This document shows positions 17,660 to 25,054 of a stretch of 64,000 bases of DNA, one piece after another (the stretch's first letter is position 1; every line of letters begins with the position of its first letter). Location of the stretch: positions 916,861-980,860 of the forward strand of contig OY970338.1 in the NCBI GenBank assembly GCA_963717515.1, in the 5' to 3' direction. The notes under the pieces are model-generated. The model made no database searches, had not been told where the DNA came from, and saw only the letters and a program-made list of their open reading frames with translations. The position numbers and the translations under genes were made by a program. This DNA comes from an uncultured Candidatus Woesearchaeota archaeon. Its GTDB lineage: Archaea; Nanobdellota; Nanobdellia; Woesearchaeales; DSVV01.

Positions 17660-17717
17660 ATATCGGATAAACGATATATTTATATATGCAAGATGCATAC
17701 CTATCGTATAACCGATA
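17660..17717. promoter_or_regulatory. two related palindromes (ATATCG-N6-CGATAT and TATCG-N6-CGATA) flanking a TATA-like element; candidate PadR operators
   Basis: The palindromes lie at 17660-17677 and 17702-17717, about 41 bp centre to centre. TATATTTATATATG lies between them, in the divergent region between padR and the small ORF at 17795. Confidence 0.35.
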
Positions 17718-17794
17718 TCAAAATGAGGAGGCATCACGGATTCAAAAAAGGATTCCCTTGCGCTCCTCGTTAAAACAACACGGAGGTGGTTGTC

Positions 17795-17929
17795 ATGCAC
17801 GAATACTGTATGCCAAGGCGTTTCCTGACAAAGGAAGAGAAGATCGAGAGGCTCGAGGAATACAAGAAAGAGCTCGAGACTGAGACAAAGGCAGTAGACG
17901 AGAAGATAGAGTGGCTCAGGAAGAAATGA
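17795..17929 (+). CDS. small coiled-coil protein (DUF5320-like C-terminus), 44 aa
   Basis: Own translation gives MHEYCMPRRFLTKEEKIERLEEYKKELETETKAVDEKIEWLRKK. GGAGGTGG lies 5-6 nt upstream. It is divergent from padR. Confidence 0.5.
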   Translation: MHEYCMPRRFLTKEEKIERLEEYKKELETETKAVDEKIEWLRKK

Positions 17930-17993
17930 ATTTTTTCTTATTTTTTTTTTGTTGTTTGTGAAGTTATGATATCCAAGATTTCCGGGCGGGATT

Positions 17994-18491
17994 ATGGAAT
18001 ATGAGCAAAAGATAAGGGATGCAAGAACCATTGGGGACATATTTGATATAGTCAAAGCCTTGGTAAGAGAATTCCTGGGAAGGGACCAGGCAGGCCTCAT
18101 GGTGGGCCTGTCAGACCTGGGCTCCCACAGCAGTGGATTTATCGGGGCCTATTATTCCCCTAATGCGAACATCATAATCATCAACAAAAAGCCGCTCGAG
18201 AGGATCCTGCAGACAGACCCCGGCCTCTACAACTTCTATCTTTTCCACGTGATGCTCCATGAATACATGCATTCAATAGGGCTGTATGACGAGATGGGGA
18301 CAAGGCAGCTTGTCAACGAGATAAGCACCCATTATTTCGGCCGGAGCCATGAGATAACCCAGCTCGGGACGAATATCGAGAGATTCTTCCCAAATCTGAC
18401 TTTCCCCGGCTCAGGCTACCAGCCACCCGATGACTCGAGTGTCGAATTCATCTCCGGCATTGACAGGGGAAACACCGGCTATATCCTCTGA
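17994..18491 (+). CDS. putative zinc metallopeptidase (HExxH)
   Basis: The motif FHVMLHEYMHSIG sits in a 165-aa soluble protein. The family was not identified. Confidence 0.55.
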   Translation: MEYEQKIRDARTIGDIFDIVKALVREFLGRDQAGLMVGLSDLGSHSSGFIGAYYSPNANIIIINKKPLERILQTDPGLYNFYLFHVMLHEYMHSIGLYDEMGTRQLVNEISTHYFGRSHEITQLGTNIERFFPNLTFPGSGYQPPDDSSVEFISGIDRGNTGYIL

Positions 18492-18534
18492 AATTCAATT
18501 AACTTTATTTAGACTGCATGATTTCCTGCCCCAT

Positions 18535-19878
18535 ATGGTCACTACTGAAGAGAGAATAATACTTCAGACACTCAGGGGAAACCCTGGAAAAAGGAAAAGA
18601 TTCTGCAATGGAATCCATGCTGAGCTTGCAGGATTCCTCAAGGTAGATGTATCTGAGAAGCTTGTATCCGGACTTGAATACCTAATCGAGACGACTGACC
18701 CATACAATTTAGAGAGAAAAGGGGTGGTCATCAACTGCAAAGTAAGCAGAAAAGCCCGGAAAACAACAACCCAGGCAATGGAAGAAAGGTACAGGTTGAC
18801 GCTATTCTCAAAATCATATTACTTAAACGGATTTCCCCAGAGGAAGGGGATTGCCGAGGACCTAGACTGTGAAGCAACCATATCGTATGACCGTGCGGAT
18901 ATAAAATATTTGGTCAACGGCAGAGCCACCCAGGCCAGGCTAAAGCCGAAAGAAGGCGCATTCATATTCAGGACAAGAAGGCTCGCAGATTACAGGGACT
19001 TTTCCGGCGTCATGCTTACAGGCATGGTCTCATCGCGCAGGGTGAATTATGGCCGTAAGTGCGTAGTTATCTCGGGAGAGGACAGGGGAAGCCTGGTATT
19101 CCTGATTGAGCACAAGGGCAATATATTTAATTACAACCTCTATGGTGAGATGGTGCAGCCATGTTTCTCGAAAGAAGAGACAGCATCAAGAAAAGTGATG
19201 TTCAAGGCAGACAGGCTGTATGAAGAAGCGAAAAAGCAACATCCCAGCAAGCACCTGGAAATGGTCAAAAAGAACCTCAAGTCAAGATGGGGCAATGATT
19301 ATGAATCATTCAACAACATGGGTGTGACAGCAATACTGAGCGGGGAGGTGCATAATAATATAGGCCCAAAAGGAAATTTCAATTTCATGACAGGGACACC
19401 CAGCGGAGGCAGGAAGTCATTCTATGTCGGAAAAGAATATCACGAAGAGAGGTGCAGAGCTGAATTCAAGGGGCCGTACGTATTTTTTTATATCAATGAC
19501 TTCCTTGTAAACGGTTTCAGGTCCGCATCGGACACCTTTGAGGTAGTCACCCCGAAAACAACACATGAATATGATTATTTCAGGTTAAGGAACATCCCGG
19601 AATCATCGAACAAACCAATCGAGATTAACACACCCCTGGCAATATATGGATTCACACATAAAGGTCTCTCCAGGTATGCAGGGACAGACATAAAAAATGC
19701 GAGATGCGCACTCGCATGCCTTCATACAAAAGACTCAGGAGACCTGTTCACTCTGCTCGTCAAAGAGCACAGGATAGTCTATGAGCACGAGGTCCAGCCA
19801 TGCCATGTTAAGATGAGGGAGGAGAAATCAGAACCTTTGTCTGGGATCGGATTAAGAGTGATAGCAGCATCTCATTGA
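18535..19878 (+). CDS. hypothetical protein, about 447 aa, no recognisable family
   Basis: Long ORF. The start is taken at MVTTEERIILQ (18535), because the track start at 18430 overlaps the upstream gene. Confidence 0.55.
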   Translation: MVTTEERIILQTLRGNPGKRKRFCNGIHAELAGFLKVDVSEKLVSGLEYLIETTDPYNLERKGVVINCKVSRKARKTTTQAMEERYRLTLFSKSYYLNGFPQRKGIAEDLDCEATISYDRADIKYLVNGRATQARLKPKEGAFIFRTRRLADYRDFSGVMLTGMVSSRRVNYGRKCVVISGEDRGSLVFLIEHKGNIFNYNLYGEMVQPCFSKEETASRKVMFKADRLYEEAKKQHPSKHLEMVKKNLKSRWGNDYESFNNMGVTAILSGEVHNNIGPKGNFNFMTGTPSGGRKSFYVGKEYHEERCRAEFKGPYVFFYINDFLVNGFRSASDTFEVVTPKTTHEYDYFRLRNIPESSNKPIEINTPLAIYGFTHKGLSRYAGTDIKNARCALACLHTKDSGDLFTLLVKEHRIVYEHEVQPCHVKMREEKSEPLSGIGLRVIAASH

Positions 19879-19989
19879 CTTTCTCCAACTTGGCAACAAC
19901 TTCTGCAATGGCAATGCATGGGAAAACCACAATATGCACTGGCCATGCCCGGGCAAGCTTTATAACCTGATATCCATTCCCAGATAATC

Positions 19990-21918
19990 ATGATGTTCCA
20001 GCTGAAATCGGATTTCAAACCCAGGGGCTCGCAGCCCGAGGCCATAAAGAAGCTCGTCAGCGGCCTTTTGGCTGGCAACAGGTTCCAGACTCTTCTCGGG
20101 ATCACAGGCTCTGGAAAGACATTCACCATAGCAAATGTCATAAACCAGGTCCAGAGGCCGACGCTTGTCCTCGCCCACAACAAGACCCTTGCAGCGCAGC
20201 TCTACAATGAACTCAGGGATTTCTTCCCTGGTAACAGGGTCGAGTATTTTGTCTCGTACTATGACTACTACCAGCCGGAGTCATACATACCTCAGAAGGA
20301 CCAGTACATCGAGAAGGATACGCAGGTCAACCCGAAGATCGAGCAGATGCGCCTCTCTGCGACAGCATCGCTGATGTCAAGGAAGGATGTGATAATCGTA
20401 GCCTCTGTCTCATGCATATACAGCCTGGGAAAGCCTGAGAATTTCCGTGAGCTGGGATTCGAGCTCAAGAAAGGGCAGAAGGCAAAGAGAAACGACATCC
20501 TGCAGAAGCTCATAAATATCCAGTTCGAGAGAAACGACATGGAGCTCATGCCCGGAAGGTTCAGGGTCAAGGGCGACACCATCGACATGATTCCCGGCTA
20601 TCAGAACAACATTATACGGATCGAGCTCTTCGGCGACGAGATAGAGAAGATCCATGAGATCGAGAAGACCTCTGGAAAGGCAGTCGATTCGTTTGATTAT
20701 TTCTATGTGTATCCGGCAAGGCATTTCGTGATATCCGAGGATGAGAAGAGGAAGGCAATCGGCGAGATAAAAGCCGAGCTTGAGCTTCGGTTTGGGGAAC
20801 TTGACATGATAGAGCAGCACAGGCTAAGGCAGCGGACGCTCTACGATATCGAGATGATAGAAGAGACAGGTTTCTGCAAGGGCATAGAGAACTATTCCAG
20901 GCATTTCGACGGCAGGAAGCCAGGTGAGAAGCCCTATACCCTGCTTGATTATTTCCCTGACGACTTCATATTCATAATAGACGAGTCCCACCAGACAATA
21001 CCCCAGCTCCACGGCATGTACAACGGGGATTATTCAAGGAAAAAGACCCTTGTCGATTTCGGGTTCCGACTGCCGAGCGCCCTTGACAACAGGCCCCTGA
21101 AGTTCCATGAGACAGAGGAGTATTTCAGGAACACGATATTCGTCTCTGCGACACCAGCGGAATACGAGCTCGGAAAATCCAAGCAGGTGGTCGAGCAGAT
21201 AATCAGACCGACAGGACTTATCGACCCGGAGGTGGAGATAAGGAAGATAGAGGGACAGGTCGATGATCTCAAGAAGGAGATTAAAAAGACGATTGAAAAA
21301 GGCAACAGGGTGCTTGTGACAACGCTCACAAAGAAGCTTGCAGAAGAGCTTACAGAGTTCCTCGCTGAGGATAATTTCAGGACAAGGTACCTGCATTCTG
21401 AGATAGACACACTCGAGAGGACTGAGATAATAAGGGAGCTCAGGCTCGGGAAATTCGACGTGCTTGTAGGCATCAATCTCCTTAGAGAGGGCCTTGACAT
21501 CCCAGAGGTAGGGTTCATAGGAATACTTGATGCAGACAAGGAGGGGTTTCTGAGGGATGCAAGGAGCCTGATACAGATAATAGGCAGGGCAGCCAGGAAC
21601 ACTGACTCAAAAGTGATACTCTACGCCGACAACATGACAAAATCCATAAAAGAGGCTGTCGCAGAGACTTACAGGAGAAGGAGCCTTCAGATAGAATACA
21701 ACAGGAAGCACAATATAACGCCCAAGACCATCATCAAGCCTATCAAGGAGAAGGTAGTCGAGATAAAAGATGTCAAGTCAGTGCCAAAAAAAGAGATACC
21801 TAACATGATAATAGGTCTTGAGGCTGAGATGGCAGAGGCAGCTGACAGGCTTGACTTTGAGGAGGCGATCCAGCTCAGGGAGAGGATAAGGAAGCTCAGG
21901 GAGCGCATCTCAAAATGA
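19990..21918 (+). CDS. uvrB: excinuclease ABC subunit B
   Basis: Walker A GITGSGKT, YYDYYQPE (beta-hairpin region), DESH, helicase motifs, and a C-terminal UVR domain (LDFEEAIQLRERIRKL). Confidence 0.95.
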   Translation: MMFQLKSDFKPRGSQPEAIKKLVSGLLAGNRFQTLLGITGSGKTFTIANVINQVQRPTLVLAHNKTLAAQLYNELRDFFPGNRVEYFVSYYDYYQPESYIPQKDQYIEKDTQVNPKIEQMRLSATASLMSRKDVIIVASVSCIYSLGKPENFRELGFELKKGQKAKRNDILQKLINIQFERNDMELMPGRFRVKGDTIDMIPGYQNNIIRIELFGDEIEKIHEIEKTSGKAVDSFDYFYVYPARHFVISEDEKRKAIGEIKAELELRFGELDMIEQHRLRQRTLYDIEMIEETGFCKGIENYSRHFDGRKPGEKPYTLLDYFPDDFIFIIDESHQTIPQLHGMYNGDYSRKKTLVDFGFRLPSALDNRPLKFHETEEYFRNTIFVSATPAEYELGKSKQVVEQIIRPTGLIDPEVEIRKIEGQVDDLKKEIKKTIEKGNRVLVTTLTKKLAEELTEFLAEDNFRTRYLHSEIDTLERTEIIRELRLGKFDVLVGINLLREGLDIPEVGFIGILDADKEGFLRDARSLIQIIGRAARNTDSKVILYADNMTKSIKEAVAETYRRRSLQIEYNRKHNITPKTIIKPIKEKVVEIKDVKSVPKKEIPNMIIGLEAEMAEAADRLDFEEAIQLRERIRKLRERISK

Positions 21919-22031
21919 CTGGTCCGAATGCATATGCACCTTAGATTATGATATCTCTTCGATATCTCTTCATTCACGTATTGAATAAATTTAAATACTC
22001 AGCCCCAACCATGGTCCCGGGGGGTGATTGA

Positions 22032-22271
22032 ATGAAATCTGAAGTCGTTGAGAAACTGGCCGCTTTGATAACAGCTGCTTTCGGCCTTGTCGCAGCGCTT
22101 GCATGGAACAGTGCCATCACTGCAATGTTTGTGGGCCCGTGCGGAACAGAGGGTGCCGGAGTCCTATGCAGCCTTTCAGCAGGAGGCCCATGGGTCTATG
22201 CAGTCTTTGTCACCATCATTGCTGTGATTGCGACTATCTGGATAGGTAAAGTCGCTGAGAAAAAGAAGTGA
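22032..22271 (+). CDS. DUF5654-like small membrane protein
   Basis: Contains LITAAFGLVAALAWNSAITAMF and a C-terminal TM. GGGGGTGA lies upstream. Confidence 0.65.
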   Translation: MKSEVVEKLAALITAAFGLVAALAWNSAITAMFVGPCGTEGAGVLCSLSAGGPWVYAVFVTIIAVIATIWIGKVAEKKK

Positions 22272-22342
22272 TTCTTAATTTTTTCTTTTTTTTGTACCTC
22301 TAATATTGACCGAGACTTTCAAAATTTTGCATATTCAGATTT

Positions 22343-23413
22343 ATGAATAATTTTAAATATGAATTAAAAAATCAATTCCTGATGGGCCTGACGAAAAAGC
22401 AGTACAACCAGATAAGGGATGAGCTTGACACATGCACAAGGCCGCTCTTCTATTTCCATGACGATCCTGACGGGCTATGCTCGTTTCTACAGTTCTATAA
22501 TTACATACATGAAGGCTACGGGGTCGTTGTCAAGAGCAGGCCGCTAATCGACATGAAGTTCCTTGGGAAGGTCGAGACCTACAATCCTGACAAGATATTC
22601 GTCCTTGACATCGCCGGCATTGAGCAGGAATTCGTGGATTCTGCAAAAAGGCCCCTTATCTGGGTCGACCATCATCCGCGCCAGGAGATCGAAAGGGTCA
22701 GGTACTTCAACCCCATGCCAAAGGGCAATCCCTGCGTGTCATACCTAACCTACAAGACCGTAAAAGAGAGCCTCTGGATTGCAATGGTAGGATGCATCAG
22801 CGACATGTACTGGCCAAAGGACCTGCTGGGTGAATTCAGGAAAAGATATCCAGGCCTTCTGCCGAAGAAAATCAAGGATGTGCGCACCGCCCTGTATGAA
22901 AGCGACGCAGGGAAGCTTGCCAGGATATTCTCTGCAGTGCTGAAAGGTACGAGCAGCGATGCGATGAAATATGTAAAGGCTCTTACAAGGGTGAAGGAGC
23001 CTGGGGAGATACTGGACCAGGAGGATGCAAGGGGCAAATTCATATTCAAGAGATACAAGGAGATAGACAGGGAATACCAGAAGCTCCTCAGGGCCGCTAA
23101 AAAGAAGGTGACTGATGACAGCATAGCACTTTTCATATACAGGGAAAGCAAGTTCGCTTTTTCCGGCGACATTGCAAATGAGATGCTCTACAGGTTCCCG
23201 GAAAAGCTCGTCATCATAGGAAGGGAGAAGAGCGGCGAGGTCAAGTGCAGCCTGCGCTCAAACGACCTGGTGCTTCCGCCGATGATAGGGAAGGCCCTTG
23301 TGGGATGCGAGGGATACGGTGGAGGACATGACCATGCGTGCGGGGCCTGCATAAAGCAGGAGGATTTCGAGAGGTTCATGGAGAATCTCAGGGGTCAACT
23401 GGATACAAATTGA
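22343..23413 (+). CDS. DHH/DHHA1-family phosphoesterase (NrnA/RecJ-like)
   Basis: Motifs HDDPDGLCS, VLDIAG, VDHH, and GGGHDHACGA (DHHA1). Confidence 0.75.
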   Translation: MNNFKYELKNQFLMGLTKKQYNQIRDELDTCTRPLFYFHDDPDGLCSFLQFYNYIHEGYGVVVKSRPLIDMKFLGKVETYNPDKIFVLDIAGIEQEFVDSAKRPLIWVDHHPRQEIERVRYFNPMPKGNPCVSYLTYKTVKESLWIAMVGCISDMYWPKDLLGEFRKRYPGLLPKKIKDVRTALYESDAGKLARIFSAVLKGTSSDAMKYVKALTRVKEPGEILDQEDARGKFIFKRYKEIDREYQKLLRAAKKKVTDDSIALFIYRESKFAFSGDIANEMLYRFPEKLVIIGREKSGEVKCSLRSNDLVLPPMIGKALVGCEGYGGGHDHACGACIKQEDFERFMENLRGQLDTN

Positions 23414-24558
23414 TAAAGGATTTCCCTGACTTTGTACGACGCAGCCATTTTTTTCAGGTTTTTTTCTATAATCTGTTTGGCTCTCTGCTTTGCCCCCTTA
23501 TATTTGTATTTCTCTCCGATCTCTTTAAAAGTATGCTCCCTGTCATAACCAATGGCGTATTTCATCTTAATCATGTCTCTTGCCTTTCTATCCAGCCTAT
23601 CCAATTCAGCTGTCAACTTTTCTGATAGGTCATTTCCGCAGACAGCAGAAAAAGGCGAGGGCATCTTATCATCTGCAATAATATCAATTCTTGGAACATC
23701 ATAATTTTTATGTGTTTTCTCATCAAGTGAAAAGGTTTGATTCATGAGTATCATATATTCCGACACTTTTTTTTTTGGCAGATTGGACAAATCCGCAAGC
23801 TCTCTAATTGTTGCATCCTCTCCTGTCCGGCGATAGATCTCATCCTTATACCGCATGATGGCAAAATATTTTTTTGCTGCATCAAGGCCCAACTTATCAT
23901 TACTTCCTTTGATAATGGCCATCATCATGTAGCATTTTATCCAATAGGCTGCGTATGTGCTGAATCTGTTGGTTTTTCTATTTTCGGCATTTTCCGCTGC
24001 TGAAAACAGGCCCCAATTGCCTTCATTCACAAGATCTGAAAACTCAATATTTGGGTTCTCTGACATATGATAATTTAGATTACTATAGCTCTTTGCGATG
24101 ATTTTCACAAGATCCTGCTGCGAGTCCACCAGGATATTGACATCCATCATTTTTTTGTCGACATAACTCTTCAGGGATTGTGCAGTGCCATTGAATGATT
24201 TTTTTGCATTCATCTCATTGACAATGGAATGCCCATATTCATTGTCGACAAGCAAAGGAAAAAGCCTGCTATTGACAATCTTCCTGATATAGTCCCCATA
24301 TTTCCCGTTCGATGAGCCATTATTGTTTAATTCTGAAGCAGAATTAAGATTTGGCCTGAAGATATCGATATGCGTTTTCCAATGGGGCCTGGTTCCTTCT
24401 AAATATTCCAATGGAGGATAAATAAAATCAGGAAATCTGGGAATACCCATTGCAATATTGAATATCTTCTCTTTTTCGATATTTTTATGCCTGATTATCT
24501 GCCTCTCCTGTTCCCGGCTGAGCCTTCTGTCCCCATTTTGCCTATAGTTTATCATCAT
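23395..24558 (-). CDS. sigma-70-family RNA polymerase sigma factor homolog (regions 2-4) with a unique N-terminal extension of about 150 aa
   Basis: Region 2 is DLVNEGNWGLFSAAENAENRKTNRFSTYAAYWIK (compare bacterial [17 protein letters not shown]....[12 protein letters not shown]). A region 3-like segment is TIRELADLSNLPKKKVSEYM..FSLDE. A region 4-like segment is LDRKARDMIKMKY.....TFKEIGEKY...GAKQRAKQIIEKNLKKM. Confidence 0.75.
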   Translation of the reverse strand: MMINYRQNGDRRLSREQERQIIRHKNIEKEKIFNIAMGIPRFPDFIYPPLEYLEGTRPHWKTHIDIFRPNLNSASELNNNGSSNGKYGDYIRKIVNSRLFPLLVDNEYGHSIVNEMNAKKSFNGTAQSLKSYVDKKMMDVNILVDSQQDLVKIIAKSYSNLNYHMSENPNIEFSDLVNEGNWGLFSAAENAENRKTNRFSTYAAYWIKCYMMMAIIKGSNDKLGLDAAKKYFAIMRYKDEIYRRTGEDATIRELADLSNLPKKKVSEYMILMNQTFSLDEKTHKNYDVPRIDIIADDKMPSPFSAVCGNDLSEKLTAELDRLDRKARDMIKMKYAIGYDREHTFKEIGEKYKYKGAKQRAKQIIEKNLKKMAASYKVREILYQFVSS

Positions 24559-24625
24559 TATATTTTTTCACTACTTGTGAAAGAAGAATATTTCATGATT
24601 TTATATATTTTTGCATATAGGTAAA

Positions 24626-24640
24626 CTTTATATATAAAAT
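24626..24640 (+). promoter_or_regulatory. TATA-box promoter element CTTTATATATAAAAT upstream of tRNA-Gly
   Basis: Centred about 27 nt upstream of the tRNA 5' end. An identical 15-mer lies upstream of psmB at 33316-33330. Confidence 0.45.
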
Positions 24641-24660
24641 CCAAGTCCTATCGATAATAC

Positions 24661-24799
24661 GCGTCGGTGGTCTAATGGCTACAACCTTTTATGTAATGCA
24701 ATAATCGGTTGCTGTAAATGACTGCGGCCTTCCATAATCCTACAGCAACATGCGGATTGAAGCGAGCCGCCTATCCGGGTTCAAATCCCGGCCGACGCA
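24661..24799 (+). tRNA. tRNA-Gly(UCC) with two introns (37 nt in the D-loop at 24682-24718; 30 nt at the canonical 37/38 site, 24735-24764)
   Basis: Hand-folded. Acceptor GCGTCGG/CCGACGC; D-stem GUCU/UGAC; anticodon stem GCGGC/GCCGC; loop CUUCCA[intron]A; T-arm CCGGG-TTCAAAT-CCCGG; discriminator A. The mature length adds up to 72 nt. No CCA is encoded. Confidence 0.8.
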
Positions 24800-25037
24800 T
24801 ATATTTTCTTTGATTATCCTGAATGTTTCCGGGATTTGAACACACTGCGAAAACCTTACTATTTTCTTGTGCCTCTCGTTGACTTCGTCAACTTCAAGGA
24901 ATCCCGGCCGACGCATATATTTTCTTTGATTAACCTGAATGTTTCCGGGATTTGAACACACTGCGAAAACCTTACTGTTTTCTTGTGCCTCTCGTTGACT
25001 TCGTCAACTTCAAGGAATCCCGGCCGACGCATATATT
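24784..25037 (+). repeat. tandem direct repeat, 116-bp period, 2 full units plus a 22-bp third core; each unit begins with the tRNA-Gly 3' end (AATCCCGGCCGACGCATATATT)
   Basis: The units at 24784-24899 and 24900-25015 differ at 2 positions. The third core is at 25016-25037. Each unit contains the hairpin GTTGAC-TTC-GTCAAC and an inverted copy of the T-arm (CCGGGATTTGAAC). Confidence 0.9.
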
Positions 25038-25054
25038 CCATTCCATAGGAGAAT

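Noticed and set aside
24784-25037. CRISPR-array interpretation of the 116-bp repeats (and of the 97-bp repeats at 57471-57686)
   Set aside because: Whole units, including the putative 'spacers', are (near-)identical. The period is far longer than repeat+spacer conventions would allow with unique spacers. There are only 2 units, no cas genes, and the repeated core is the tRNA 3' end.
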